The translations under genes and the position numbers were made by a program. Under the pieces are notes generated by a model. The model was given only the letters and a program-made list of their open reading frames with translations. It made no database searches and was not told the origin of the DNA. A DNA stretch of 64,000 nucleotides. Source: Isurus oxyrinchus (Eukaryota). Positions 11,313 through 26,062 of this stretch are shown piece by piece. The stretch lies in the NCBI GenBank assembly GCA_026770705.1, contig JANJGN010000012.1:108810001-108874000 (forward strand). Direction: 5' to 3'. Each line of letters starts with the position of its first letter. The first letter of the stretch is position 1.

Positions 11313-12199
11313 TTTTTCCCCTTTTCCAACACAAAATAATTCACAAAGCCGAGGACAATTCACTAAAATTGCATGGTATGGTGCACTAGAAACAAATTGA
11401 AGGCATCTCAATACATGGATGAGGAACTCATGTTAAGCAAAGTCCATCTATGAATAGGAAGATGCTAGAAAGATAAATACTGATGAGGTGGGACATTCAA
11501 ACTGTCTAGCTCATTGCATCACTAGAAACCTAGGCCCCTGCACACGAGGACAACTAAGTAGCTTTTAAATAGTTTTCAAACAGTTAAATAAGTTTTTATC
11601 TCCACTTTCATTGCATGCGTTCATCACTTTGTGTGAAAAGATGCTTCTTAACATCAGTCCTGAGCTTGCTTTTTACTAGTTTGCACCCATGCTGAATTTA
11701 ACTCTACCACTACAATTATATTCGTGCAAAGCACACAAAGTCATAAATCTAATCTCATTGGGTAATGCTAAGGAATAATCAGTTTACCGCAGAGAACACA
11801 ATTGGGCCCAATTTCAGCTTGGGCAGACATGGAACAGTCAGCAGGCAGTGCCCACCCCATGTCCTCAACAAGAGGACTGAGCCATTTTGATATTTTGATC
11901 TTGCCTGCATAATGCCAGCAAGCAGCAAGCACTCGACCAGCACTTACAGGTAGCTCAATGGTTGGGGTTTGGTGGGCAGATTTGGTGGGGAGAGACTGAG
12001 AAATCTAGTTTCCTCTGAGGATCCAAACTGGAAGTTTAATGTTAATAGGGGAAATGCAAATTGAATGGTGAGGAGAAGGAGGAAGGAAATGGGCAGATAG
12101 GCTTCCAGCAGTCTAGCTTCACAAAAATCTATGAAAATCAGAAACTTACCTGGTTTAAGCAGCCTGCAGGACACGGATCAGCTATATTGCTGCTATAGC

Positions 12200-12622
12200 T
12201 GGGGAGAGATATTGTCACTGGACTAGTATTCCAGGGACCCAGGGTAATGTTCTGGGGATCTGGGTTTGAATCCCACCATGGCAGATGGTGAAATTTGAAT
12301 TTAATAAAAATCTGGAATTAAAATTCTAATGATGACCTTGAAGCCACTGTCTGGTTCAATGCCATTTAGGAAAGGAAATCTGCTGTCTTTACCTGGTCTG
12401 GTCCACATGTGACTCCAGGTCCATGGCAATGTGATTGACTCTGAAATGGCCTAGCAAGCCACTCAGTTGTATCTAACCAATACAGAAAATTGGATACTGT
12501 GGGTGTATCTACAATACATGGGCTGCAGCAGTTCAAGAAGGCAGCTCTCATGGGCAATTAAGGATGGGCAATAAATGCTGGCCTAGCCAGCAAAGTCCAC
12601 ATCCCATGAATGAACTTAAAAA
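12200..12622 (+). mobile_element. tRNA-derived SINE sharing its 3' tail with LINE family B
   Basis: B-box-like gggtttgaatccc; body aggaaatctgctgtctttacctggtctgg; tail gggcaattaaggatgggcaataaatgctggcc; related copies at 46420-46760 and 60195-60465. Confidence 0.75.
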
Positions 12623-12985
12623 AGGGTTCACGGTAAAATTTCCTCTATTCTGCTTGAAGAACGAGCCTCAGTCCCAACCTTGGAAAAACACCGATACTGC
12701 ACCAGGTGGATATTTTTCTCCATTTCATATATCCCTGTGGTCTCTAAGTAAAACTGCCATATGAAGTAGGCCCATGCCCAATTGGGGTTGGATTGACATT
12801 ACCCAAACTCCTTTTAAATAGGAACGTGCAGCCATCAGACAGAAAATCACATACCATTAATGTGGCTGGATTTGAAACCTGACCACAGAGGTGAAAAGTT
12901 AATGTCTAACCTATCACCCAGTTCCTTTGGAATCAAAAGTCAAGTTTTTTTTTTAACAACATACTTTTTCGATCTAAAGCATTAC

Positions 12986-13090
12986 CTTCATTCCAGCTGC
13001 TGCCGCTGGACCACCTGGGTCTACTGCCTGAATATGACATGGTCTTCCTCCTCGCACCACGAAACCCCAGCCCACTGCATCACCCACAAT
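12986..13090 (-). CDS. DEPTOR: DEPTOR exon, PDZ domain N-part (105 bp)
   Basis: IVGDAVGWGFVVRGGRPCHIQAVDPGGPAAAAGMK; tttag acceptor, gtaat donor; phase 0-0. Confidence 0.93.
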
Positions 13091-16000
13091 CTAAAATGAA
13101 GAGAAATATACGAAAATAACTATTTTATCGGAACTGCTTTATATTCTTTTAAAGTGGATGAATTTCTTTTCTACAATGTTCTGCACATTATGTTAAGCAG
13201 ATTGTGCAAGGCCTTACTGTTGGCATGGAGCCTCACTCAATATGACCATGGGTCAGAGATAGGGCTACAGAGCATTGTAGGTCTGTGTTCCACACTCATG
13301 TTTATCAAGGCTCCTAGCTAGAAATTTCAGAGCTCCCATTTTCGGGTGCTCCCTCCAAGGAGTGAACTTACCCTGCGTACAAGTGGCGAGCTCTGAGGAG
13401 CCTTGTATATTGTCTCTCTTACCTCATTGCCATGCTAATGGCACCATGGGAGGAGCTCCATACAGCTAAGTACAGAAAATTCCGGCCTCAGCTATCTCAA
13501 AGGTTAAATGATGATCTTGGGGATCCAGTCAGAAGTATGTGCATGCTTCACGCCCGACATTTTGGTGAATTAGGAGGCTGCTAGGTGCCTGAAAAATGGA
13601 TACAACATGATGCAATTCCTCGACCTTCCCATCAGTGGTAGGACCTTGCAAGTCTGTCCTTGTATAAATATGTATTAAAATAAATGCCTGTGAAGTATTT
13701 AAACCATAATTATCATGGCTGCTAATGGTGTTTTTGTCTAAAAAGCACTTTTTTTGTTGTCCATGTTAAAGATTGGGTGCCCAGATAAGAAATGCTCCTG
13801 ACAACAAACATAAAGTATTGAGAGCTGTTGAAATTTATTAATAAGATTTGATTACAAATATATTTGTGCAGATGCTGTTTAACAATTGGAAATGCTTGTA
13901 ATGGAAAATTCCATCTGCTGATATACAGATCAGAGGAAATTAATGTTTTCAGTTGACTGTATAACAGTTCGGCGAAAGAAAATCACATTTGAAAGATATT
14001 AGGCATCTCAGTGATCCATGGATGCAGAAAAAATGTGAAAACTGAGTAGGTCAAAGATTGTAATGATAAAGTACTGAGTGTAGTTAAGAGCTGGAGCACT
14101 ATTGGTAAAGACTCAGCTTTCAGGCTAGAAGCCTGAAGGTCACACCAATGTCACAACAACACTTAACTACCAAAAGTACACAATTTGTTCACCAATAATA
14201 CAAGGTAGACAGACCTGAGAACTATGCAGATAAAACAAAAACTTTCAGGAATCAGCAAAATTTCTTTATTTTTCCAGTTGCAGTTCAAAATACTTTCATT
14301 GCAAAGTCCAGATTGAAATGTTAGTGCCAGTAAAATGGCTTTAGCTTGTTTTGTTTTTTGATCAATGCAGCTTACATTAAAAAAAACATTGTCAATATTA
14401 GCATGTCTCACGCAAGGTATTTGGCACAGGAGCATGTTCATAGCTTCTTCCACTTAGCTGAAGGAAAGCTGGTCCACCCACTAATGCAGATGGTTATTTC
14501 TTTAAATTACAAATTTTTGATGAGCTTATAAATTAAAAGAAATCGGATTAACATTTTTAGCAGGCGATTCACCCCAAGATGTAACTGGACCAGATAAAAT
14601 ATATAAAGCTTTTGAACAGTGTAATCTATGATGCATTTGATGCTGACTATTCAATTACCTAAAGATTAACAGTGCTATGCTGCTGCTACAAAAATATTTT
14701 TTAAATATACAATGATGAGCTCTTTATAACAAGCTTTACATGCTGCAGGGAAAAGTAGAGATAAATAAACTTGTGAATGGGCAAATGTTTAGTTTGTCCT
14801 TGCGATTTGGCTGAACTGCAACACAGCCAGGCATCCACAGTCAGTTTCAGAGTTCTGCTCATTCTTAAGAAAAATGGTTTTCATTAAGTAAAATTGAAAT
14901 TTTTTAAAAATGTCATAAACTTTGTCTAAGATTATGTGCTGCTAGCTTGCTAAGTTATGTTGGTGAAAAAATGCTCAATTGGTTGCTTCTCATCATTTGG
15001 TAACCTTTCTGGTTATTTGATTGATCACTGCTAACCATGAATAGGGGATCATTTTATATCATTTTATATATAGTACAGAAAGCTAATTTGAAATCAAACC
15101 CTTTTGCTCAACCAGACACTGTTACACTCCGTATCCAAAAGCTGCTCTTCCTGCTTTTGAAGAAAAATATAACAGCAACATAACTGCTAATCTTTAAATG
15201 TTTGCTGTTAGGTTGGGTGAACACATCACTTTTACAGCCCAAAAGTTTGGAGAAAGGGAAAAAACACAAGTAAGTAAAAGATTTGAAGTTTGGAAAAATT
15301 CTAAAACAAAAGGTTGGGGTAGAGTTTAGTAAATAAAAATGTCAAAGTTAAAAGTTTGTAAAAAAGAAACTGAAGAAGAAAAAGAGAATTTGAGGCAAAA
15401 GGGAGGTCACTGGGCAAGAACTGGTGAAGAATTAATTCTTATGGAAGATTGTGCTGCGGGCTCCATTTTTGTTGCCGTGTTATTATTACATTAATAAAGC
15501 TATTCCAAACAGATGAAAATCTTTATTGCTAAAACATTACTGTTCATTTCAGTGTTGTAATGCCTGAGTTGTACCAGGGAGGTTGCAATTGCCCTGAACT
15601 TAGCTAAATGTTAAAATTACTATTGACTAACATTCTGGTCTGAAGTGAAATTTGGCTCTGTAATATTGCTGTGGATTACTAATGTACACACATCTAGAAC
15701 ATACCTCTAAAATTCCTTTGTTCACTATTTCAACATGGCCATTAATTAATTTATTCAAGCAGATTAATGCCTCCTCTAAATTAGAGAAGGGAATTTTAGA
15801 TACATCTATTACGCATTTGCATACTTATTGCATGTCCTATTACAGGGCTGTTGTGTCTGAATAATTTAAACATTATTTTCTGTTAAATAATATCAATGAC
15901 AAGTTAAACATTTGCATAAAAACATAAAACACTTAGTCACAGCCACATAATCTAACTAAAGATTTAACAAAAGACTTTCATGTTTCCGCCATAAGCTGTT

Positions 16001-16446
16001 TCTGAGACTCCCCACTCAACTGGAACACTGCGATTGCCCAAGAAAGTTCCTGGAGCTTCTGGTGAACCCTTGCCACAACCCCAGCAGGAGTATGGCCAAA
16101 GGGCCAGAAAACAGGTTGAGTCCTGCCTGCCTGGCCAAGGAGCCAGGGTAGGAGGTTCCAACATCAGTTCTCACATTCCCAACCACTCAGTTGGCATGGA
16201 CAGGATCGGCAATCAGTGTGCCCAGTGAATGTGCTACTCAAGTGGCATAAATGGGTCTTATGGGTCCAGAGCTGGGATGCAGTCTGAACCCCAAACAAAA
16301 TGTATCTCATCATTTTATGATGCCCCCATTTTAAAATGGATGTTAAATTTTTCCAGGTTGGGGAGGGGAACCTGGCACCCTGCTCCCCACCTTTGGATTG
16401 ATCAGGTGGGCAATATTCTTGGTCTTTGGGAAAAGATGCACACATA

Positions 16447-17118
16447 GGACTGGATTTTATGCTCCCCTAGCAGCACATTTCAAGGCAGGGGGCATGTAAA
16501 ATCCAGCAGGTGGCCTTACCTATCCTCCTACCAGTCTCTGACCTGTCTGAAATTTTACAGGGGGTGGGGGATGCATCGGGTGGCCCGTCCAACTCTGAGT
16601 CCAATGAAGCCCTGAAGAAGCCAATTCATGGCCATTTAAATTCCTCATCCTGCCTCTGCTGCTAATTTACCTGTAGTGCACAAGCTGGTGTCGAGCAAGG
16701 GGCAACATCCTTTACAGACCCCCTGGGCCCCACCCCAACAATGTCATCTCCCTGCTTGAATTCTCCCCCGGCCTCGTGAACCCAGCTTCCCTGCTTCACC
16801 TCACCCCCTCGCTGTGACCTCCGGCCCCTGACATTCCTGCATTCATCAGTACAGTGGGACTACCTGTAGTCCCAGCAGTGGCCACTGCTCCTAGCTGCTG
16901 CTGCTGGAACATACAGAGCTGTTGGCAAATTGGATGGCTCCCCAAGGCAGGGCTTACACCCGAGATGGGGTGCAAGTCTCGCCCTGAAGCAGTTAAAACT
17001 GCTCTCAAGAGTTAGATTGATGCAGGGCAACCATGCATGGGGATCATAGGCAGGTTCCCCCACTACCCCCTGACTTTTTGGCTGGGGAGGTGGGGACTGC
17101 TGCGCCCTGTAAATCCTG
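16447..17118. mobile_element. Harbinger-type non-autonomous element (degenerate)
   Basis: TIR-like ggactggatttta ... taaatcctgcac; body resembles 29889-31112. Confidence 0.5.
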
Positions 17119-17465
17119 CACATGGTGCTAAGGTACTTGTGTGGGATGGAATTCAAATTAGGTTACTTGCTGACCTCTTACTCAAACAGCAGAGATCAAT
17201 CACCAGCAGGCACAATCCAAACTGGAATGCAGGGATCGCTGATTCCTGAGGTTTCCAGCTCAGTGAATTACACTGCAAGTTAACAGAAATGTTTCTGCAC
17301 TTTGATAACATTGGATCTTACACAAATTTCCATACAATTTGGGATAAAGGGTTCTTAACTCTCCTACGGCAGTACTGTAGTTGAATCAGTTTAAAACTTC
17401 CCATTTGGATTGTACCACAGCTCCACTGTAGTAACTGATTAAAGCGTCAAGGAATGCACACTTAC

Positions 17466-17536
17466 TGTTAATGTTTTCTTTAAGTAAGGTGCTCCAGGTG
17501 ACAGGAGTTCTTCATTAGTTACTGGTCTCTTCAACA
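17466..17536 (-). CDS. DEPTOR: DEPTOR exon, linker before PDZ (71 bp)
   Basis: (V)LKRPVTNEELLSPGAPYLKKTLT; tgtag acceptor, gtaagt donor; phase 1-0. Confidence 0.92.
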
Positions 17537-20116
17537 CTACAATGTTAAACACCAGTAAGTGCTTGCACACAGTATGTTAACATTTTAAAACCAATAAAAT
17601 GACTTTACATGAGAAACCTACCAAGGCCTATTCTAGGCAGGCTGTTACCAACTAGCAGGAGGGAATCATTTTTTGTTAGTACATTTAGAGAAAAGAGTTG
17701 AATTTATATATTGCCTTTTATATCTCATAGCATTTCAAGGTTTGTTACACAATGGATTATTTTGGAATGTTGTGACTGATACTTGGACAACTCCACAACT
17801 AAACGGGATAGGGAGGGGACGTGATTTTCAAGTTGTCTGTTTCTTGCCTGAAGGACAGGTGACCAGTGAAAGAAAACTTTAGAAATTCCTGAACACCCAG
17901 ATAACTATTTTGGAGGGAATTTTTGAGAGACCTGGAGAAGCAGGATCATACTGCCAGCAAAACCCCACCCCTCCCCCCTCCACTCCCTCCACTTCCCCCC
18001 AACCACCCAACTGCCCCAACAAGCCCAGCCTATCAGCTGGGTCCACGGTGAAGCTGACCATTTTTCCAAAGCCAGCAAGTGAAGTGCAGTGAAGTGCCCG
18101 TTTGTTCCTGCAGTCTGCCAGTTAGATTCAAATGAGTTCCAAACATGAAAATAGTCAGGCATCCCTGACACACACTGGCTACGCACTCATTCTGGGCTAA
18201 AACTAAAAAAATATATACCCCACCACCCCCTACAATCCCCACATCTCAGTTCAGCATTTGATTTAAAGGATAGTAATCCAACAATGTAATACCCTCAATG
18301 GAGTGTCAGTCATACTCTGATTTTGGAGTTAGGCTCAAACCCAAAGCATTCTAACATAAGGGCAGGAGTTTTACAAAATTAGTGATGAGCTTTTTCTGGC
18401 CTTGAGCTTTCTTTGGTAAGGAAAGCTCACGAGTTAGTTCTTCCAATTTTTGCAAATCCACTCACTCCTGATTGGCTTCTGCCAACACCATTTTCCTGTT
18501 GAAAAATCCTTGAGGCTCAATGTCCACGTATAAGTTGAATAAGCCCTTTTACATCATGATATTTACAATGCCAAAATACCGAAGACTATCTTTATCCACC
18601 AGGCAAAGGTATGTTTTGGTTTTCCCCCAAAAGATTTAAATGCTCTTATGTCTGTTATCTATTAAAACAATTAGCTTCCACAACAATTACAGAAAAAACC
18701 CCTAGTATTTCTTAAGTATTTAAATTTATTATTTCTGTTAATTGCCTTTGCATTAAATTGATGTAATGTAATTCAGAATCTTTGTTAATTAATAGGCATT
18801 GCGCTCCACTAAAGTTGTAGTTTTATTGCACACAGTAAATCTCAGAAACATGTGATCAGATTACAACCTGCAGCATGCCAAGCACAGCCTGTAGGTGGGA
18901 GAGCAGGAACAAGGACAGGGCTGTCTAATAAATAACTACTCACGACAATAGTCAACTACTTCGCTTCCAGAACAGCATGCAGGGCCTCATTAATGAGTAA
19001 AACAAAACTGGTTGTAACTTTGTTTTTATACAAAATAGGAAGTTTTTGAAACCTTATAGTTAATTAATACCAATGAAACAATGAATGGTCTAAAGAAACA
19101 CTTTTTTGACAGCGTGCGCAGCATTGGCTAGATCAACTGGAACCTATAAAACCAGAATAACTGAATACAAAATAAATGACATTGACCTCTGAGATTAGAA
19201 ATGATCACAAAAGTTCATAATGGATTGAGAAAAGTCTTCAAATGTGCAAAGCTTTGCTGTAGCTACTTTTACATAATGCCAAGAGAAGAAAAATTCCACA
19301 TTTGAAACTTGTATCCCCAAGCGCAAACATATTTTTCAAAGACCAGGGGCGCAATATTAATCCCTATGCACCCCTCCCTCACCCCATCACCCCCACCAAG
19401 TTAGATATGGGGAATGTGATCCTAACATGCTAATCACTTTGCTTTTTTAGTGGTGGTAATATCGGGGTACCTCAGTGTCCAGCTGTGGAATGGTGGGACA
19501 TTGAATCAACATTTCTAAAGCAAACTTCAACAGTATAACCCAGGGGTTGGGGAACTGGTTGGGGTTGAGTGCTGCAGGCTCCACCAAAGAATTGCCTTTT
19601 GCATTATCTGTTGGCCAGGAAGAGAGGGAGTACCCTCTCCAGGATACTCAGGGAGTCTTAGGCTGCCACCCAGCCCCGATTGTGGGCTCTCTTCCATCCC
19701 CCCATGTAGGTTTCTCTTCCTGCCCCATTTCTACAGATGTAGTCTCCCCTCTCTGGTATTCATTTGCACAGGGGCTGGCTGGTAAATGGGCTAAAATTTT
19801 TAGTAAGATCTGTGCCGTTAAGTTAGGCACCCCTGTTGAGCGTGCCAGAAGCGAAAATTGCGCTCGCTAAAATCAGGCAAATATCGAGGAACCGCAAACT
19901 TTGCATGCTGCTTGCTTCAACAGGGCCGGCTGCAGGTGGATCACAATCCCCACACCCCCCAAAACAGGTGCAAACCAATTATTAGCCCCTTTTAATAAAG
20001 AGCTTTGACAATAAATGATTTTGGCATCGAACATCACAGGTTACATAGACGGGGCAAGATTTTTCTTATTGAGAGGGAAAGATTCATCTGGGGGGGATTT
20101 TCCCAACCAGGACTAA

Positions 20117-20278
20117 GGCCAGAATTTTCCAGCACACCCGTGCCCCCCCAGCCACGGCCCCCCCCCCTCCCCACCCCACCCCAAACGCGGCAGGTTCCTT
20201 GGCAGCAAGGCCAACAAGCCATTGAAATCTATGTTTCCATCCATTCCGCCGGCATGGGGAGGCTGGAAAATTCTGGTC
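20117..20278. mobile_element. 162-bp Tourist/Harbinger-type MITE
   Basis: 17-bp TIRs ggccagaattttccagc / gctggaaaattctggtc with one mismatch; TAA TSD at 20114-20116 and 20279-20281. Confidence 0.88.
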
Positions 20279-22983
20279 TAAGTCTCTTGACGGGGGTGGG
20301 GAGGAAGGTGGGGAGTGTTTTCTGCTGCGGAGGCTACTGGGAATTCACGTGGTATCGTGTGACCACAGCCACATTAATTATGCAGTTGGGATTTTCCCAA
20401 TGTATTGTGTGGTGGGGCGGGCTGAATGGCGCACTCCCCGCCATCATATTCGGATGCCATATGTAAAAGGTGCCCAGACAGCAACTTACTAACAATGCTA
20501 ATTGAGGTGGCAAGAAGAGGACTGGAACCTCCGGCGCTAAGGCTGACTTAGCATGTTCCTCGACCAGGTGGAGGCCAGGAGGGATATGCTGTAGCCAGCT
20601 GATGGGAGAAGGAGGCTAAGCAGGGAGACCAACTCTGCATGGGAGCAGGATGCCACCACAGTCAGTACCCAGGGCCTCCAGCACAGGTCAGACCTCTAAT
20701 GGTGGAAGAGGATGAATGACCTCATCCGTGCAGCCAGGGTAAGTGAACCCACAGTCGCTCACATTAACCACAATGAATGGTAGAGAGGACATGGGTTCTG
20801 TGGCAGCACCATCAGGTCATGCTTCGTAACCCCACTGAAGTCCATCCACTCTGCAGGTGGAGAGGCCACTATGTGTCCCTCACCCTTCCACACAGAGAGC
20901 TCACAATGCAGTCTGGTAGGGAGGGGAGGGGGAAGTCAGGATATGGAGCTCAGGCATTGAGGGCACCAGCAAGCTCTGCAAATGACATGGCTCTCTGAAG
21001 CTCCTTGAGGGGAAGGGGCATCAGGAGGGAGATCGAGGTGCTCCACCCGCCTATCACATAGCCACGGCAGAAGCTCCGCTATGGCTCCCGCAGTGGAGTG
21101 CAGGTCTGCACACATCTTCAGCAGAATCTCCTGGACTAGGATCCACGGAGCCTGCCATCCTCCCCATGGAGACCTTGATGTGTGCACGTCAGCACCACTT
21201 CATCAGCCAGCAGGCCGTCAGCCTCCTCCACCTTGTGTGCCATCCATTGAGGACACCTGACATATCTACCTGATGTTCCCTCACCTCTTGCTGACTCTCC
21301 AGCATCATTTGGGAGGCCAATTCCAGAGGCCCGTCATCAGACTCGCACCTCGCAGATGCCTCTTCCCCAAACGTTGGCCCACAGCAGGACAGCCAAAATA
21401 AGCTGGGGCCTTCCAGGCCTCAGGTCTCCAGAGAACGGCCGCCAAGGTTATCCAAGACAACAGGGCCAACTGGTCAGCAGGCTGCCTCTACCCATGCTGC
21501 GGAATTCAGGGGAGCACTTAGAAGAAATGGTAGGGAGAGGAAAATTAAGAAATACTGAAATCACAATTGGTTGCACAAGTGCACTATTGAATGTCACAGA
21601 TAGCAAACTTTTGTATATATGTTGACTTTTACTTTAATCACATCCAATGTGTAGTTTAAGCTATAATCCTTAAGTCTGAGTGCTCCCCACCGTATCCTTG
21701 CATATTGATGGGCTCACCGCTCTGGAGGGTGGTGGCCTGAACCCTTCTGGACAACCTGCAGTACATTAATGAGATACCACACAATCCAGTGAGTTATCTC
21801 TAAGACTGGAAGCATGAGAAAGATACGTGAAATTGTTAGATGTAATCGGATGCTAAATACAATTCCTTCCAACCCTATCTTCTCTGTGCTCTTTGAGCTG
21901 GGCAAGTTAAGCCATAACCGGCGAGGGAGGGAGAAAACAGAAGGAGGTCGGTCACACACGAAAGAAGTGACAGAGTTCGAGAAGCAGGCAGCCCAGCTGG
22001 CAGGGCTAGGGCGGGTCCGGCCATTGGAGATGAAGAGACTGGATTTGGGCCTCCAACCAGGAAGAATAAATGCATGTCATAGAAACCACAGGGCCAAGGG
22101 TGCCTCCATGTTAGAGGCAGCTCATGCTGTCACTCACTCTCTCCTCTCTCAGTTATGCCTGCCGCCAGGAAGAAGGCAGGAAGCTCCGACACAAGCCCAA
22201 ATCCGGAGAAGAGCGAGGACATCATAGAAACCGTAGAGGCATCACGACAGACACCTCTACCCTCCACCAGCCCAGGGACACACACCTCGGTGGGTATTAG
22301 CTCTAATGTAAGAAGGGTCTCAGACCCTGGTGGTCACCACATAGACACGCGTCCGCAGCAGGAGGAGGCAGGATCAACCAAGATCATCGGTATTTGCCAG
22401 GACCCTTGCGAGCCTTATGCAAGTAGTCTCCAGTGCAAACTGAGCCTTTGGCCTTCAGGCTCCCAAGGCCCTAGCATTGCGAAGGCTACATGCTGGTGTT
22501 CCCCTTCAGTTGTCCAGTTGAAATGACCTGCATCGTTGCCCATCCCCGATGAACCAATTCGCATGCTCCCCATAGTTGCGACCAGTTGAGCCATAGTGAT
22601 AGTGATCTTCTATCTTCACTCCAACACCTTTTCCCTTCATTCAGTCACCACACTCTCCTCCCCATAACCATTGGCCCCCTGGTATAATGGCCAGAATTTT
22701 CTGTTTGACGGGCGGGCGGGCCCAACTGACTCAGCAGCAGGCAGGCAGCCGATTGCCGCCGCCGAAACGGGCTGCGCCGCCATTTTCCGTGGGCGAGCCA
22801 ATTAAGGCGGGTTAGCGACTCCCGTGGAGAACGGGAAAATAGTCACGGGGCGGGCGGCTTCAGACTGTCGGTTCCAATGGGGAGCCGGCAGCCTGTATAA
22901 AGAGTGGCCAGGCAGCCTGCTTGCAGCAGTGCACCATAGCCACTCGGAGAGAGAGGAAGGGAGCTGTGGTTTCAGAGGAACTT

Positions 22984-24515
22984 GAGCAGGAGGATGGGGG
23001 CAGGCTACAGGAGAGGCCAGCAGGGGGCCACTGTGCCCCTCGATTCTCCGATGCAAGCGTTGCTGTCCTCCTCCAAGTGGTTTCCAGCCGTCGGCATGTG
23101 TTGTATCTGGAGGATGGGAGGATGAAGGCCCCCCCCCCTGTCACCAGCCAGGCGTGGGAAGAGGTTGGTGATGCTGTGAGTGCCCATGAAGATGTGCGGC
23201 GCACTGGCACCCAGTGCAGAAAAAGATTCTATGATTTGCTGCGCTCTGGAAGGGTGAGTTCCATGTCGGCCTTGGGCATTTGACCCAGAAGATAGCCTTA
23301 GCTTTTGAGCACACCCCACTCCCCCCACCATGTCTTGCTGTCATTACTGCATTGGGCATTTGGTGCACACTGGGTGGGCAACGGGTACTGACCATGCTTA
23401 CATCAGCCTTAGTGGTTGAGGAGAAGATGGGTTCTCCCCGCAGCATATGTTGGTGTTTGTGGCATTTGAGTAGTCTGGGGGCAACCTGCAGGGGAGGCAG
23501 CTAGACACATACTCAGAACTCCAACACATTGTCATATTGATGGTGATGAGATGGTAGAAGGGGAGCCTCAAGGTGTTTTGGCCAAATGCCATCTGCTGAC
23601 ATCGGCGCCGCACCTAGTTGTGCCTCGTTGCCATGGACGCTAAGACCCGTGTGTTATTCAAATTGATGGACGACGAATGTGTCCAAGGCGGCCATTGGGA
23701 GAGGGGGTTGGGAGCAGCTGTACTATCTTCTGGGGACTGATCACCAGCAGTGTCGACAGGTGCCGCTGGAGGCCTCAGATCAGCCACTGTGGATGGAGTG
23801 CGGTGTGCGCGTGCAGAGTACATGAGCGATCAGCCTCAATAAATGGTCTCTGTTCTGCAGGCAAAAAGTCAACACAATATGCAGGAGCACCAGAGGACTG
23901 GAGGTGCAAGTGGCAGGAAGCGCGTTTGCATCTGGCTGGGTTGCATGAGGGTGTGCTTCAGTTGGTCTCTCCAGTGGAGGAGTCCAGGCAGAGTGCACGT
24001 GAAGGCATGAACGGCATGAACCTCAGGGCAAAGCTTCACACTTCCCTCTACTGAGAGATTGGTGACTCTCATGGAGAGGGGGTTCAATCGGATGGAAAAT
24101 CTTCTGATTGGGTTACGCTCTGACCTGCAAGCCCTCAGTGGTAATAACCACGGGTGGTCATTCCCAATGTGGGAGATGTTATGGGCACCAAGCGTCAGCG
24201 CTCGGTTCCCCTGCATCTGTGTTGAGCAGGGAGGTCGAAAGGGACCTCACGACGCAGCAGGTGCCTGTCGTCGCTGCCAGTTCTTCTCAGGGCACTCTGG
24301 ATGAGGGCAGCAGCTCCTCCGCCCCTCTGCCAGTCAGCGTTGCTTCCGTTGAGGCTGCGACAACTGGGGAGGTGCCAGTTCAGGCCAGAGGACGCCCGCC
24401 AAGGTCACTGGTGCCAACAGGACAGCAGAGTCAGCAGGCTGTCTCACAAGCCACTCTGACCTATGGGGCAGCACCTAGACGTAGCACCCGAAAACGTACG
24501 CATAAGGCACGTTAG
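22984..24515 (+). pseudogene. Harbinger Myb/SANT-like DNA-binding protein gene (disrupted)
   Basis: PRFSD...AWEEV...RTGTQCRKRFYDL; donor after 23253 (gtgagt), acceptor before 23861 (ctgcag) continuing AKSQHNMQEHQRTGG; basic C-terminus RRSTRKRTHKAR; frameshifts in between. Confidence 0.82.
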
Positions 24516-24826
24516 GCACTCAATGGGTTTGTCACTGGTGATTTTGTGTTGGCCTTAGAATACGGTACAAAATTCTTCTTATTGCAATGGAGCAGTCTCT
24601 GTTATTTTTTTGGACGTAATAAAGTCCACTTTTCTAACCATGGCTGAGGGTGTTTCCTTTGTGTTGCATTTTTCTTTTTCACAGATGTATCATGAGTGTT
24701 TGAGTGGACATTGATGTTTCTGTACTAAGCCCTTAGTTGCAGCTGATAAGGTGGAAGATGTCATAACTAAGTGCCACGTGTGGAAGTTCCAGGCAATGCT
24801 GTTCCTGCTGATCCATGTGTGTGGAG

Positions 24827-26062
24827 CTAGCTGAAGGTTCTTTGGATTAAACTGTCCCGGATGTCCCTGCCTCCCTGGTGTAACAGCGGGTCGGCATGCT
24901 GCCCCTCATCATCGCCCTGTGCTTCCTCATCCTCTGAGGCACTTCTGGATTCATCATGTGCAGCTTCATCCAGGGCGTCAAGGTCTTCATCATCAACTGC
25001 ATCCCCCCCTTTCCAATGCAAGATTGTGCAGGGCGAAGCAGGCTACCACTATCAGAGAGACGCGATCTGGGGGGTACTAGAGTGCGCCCCTTGAGCAGCC
25101 CAGGCAACGGAACTGCATCTTGAAAAGACCGATGGCTCTCTCCACCACAGCCCTTGTGGAGGCCTGGCTCCTATTGTAGCGCTCCTCAGCTTCTGTTCTT
25201 GGATGGTGTACTGGCGTCATGAGCCACCTTCGCAGGGGATAGCCCTTGTCACCCAGCAGCCAACCATCCAGTCAAGCCGGAGCACTGAAGAGCCCCAGCA
25301 CCTGGGAGTATCTGAGGATATAGGCGTCTTGGGAGCTGCCTGGGTACCTTGCACAGACTTGTAGAATCAGCATCCTGTGATCTCACACTATCCGCACATC
25401 CATGGAGTGGAAGCCCTTCCTGTTGACAAAGGCACCAGGCTCACCTGCTGGCGCCTTGATGGCCACATGTGTACAGTCTATTGCACCCTGGTGCGGGGGA
25501 AGCCAGTAATCGCCACGAAGCCTCTGGCTCGCTGTATCTGACTTGCCTGGTCGCAGCGGAAGTGGATGAAGGTCAATGCCTGTCTGAACAGAGTGTCTGT
25601 AACCTGCTTGACACAAGTGTGGACAGCTGATTGGGAGTCACAGCAAAGATCAACCACTGAGCCCTGGAAGGAGCAAGAGGCATAGAAGTGGAGGGCAACT
25701 GTGAGCTTCAGAGCCGCTGGCATGGGGTGTCAACCCACACAGTTAGGAGATAGCTCAGGGCCAGTCATCTGATAGATATAGTTGACTGTTTCCCTTGAGA
25801 CTCGGAGCCTCCTTCGGCACTGTACCACAGTCATATTGAGGTAGCTGCTTCGCCGCCTGTATACCCTGGCAACAGGATAGTGGCGTCTTCTGCGGCCCCT
25901 TCCACCTTGGACAACCTCTTGGCCCTGTGCCCCTTGTGCCTGTGCCTGGCCTCCCAAAGGTGGCTCCCCTGGAGATTGATTGTGCACTCCTGGCCTCCTC
26001 CTTATTCTATCCCTCCCTTCCTCCTCAGAGGAGTTGCCTCCAGTGGAGATGTCAGAACCCAT
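24827..26062 (-). pseudogene. Harbinger (HARBI1-like) DDE transposase, frameshifted
   Basis: [61 protein letters not shown] spread over several frames. Confidence 0.9.

Noticed and set aside
13650-15960. Repeat-poor AT-rich stretch as a possible conserved enhancer
   Set aside because: Cannot be supported without cross-species alignment
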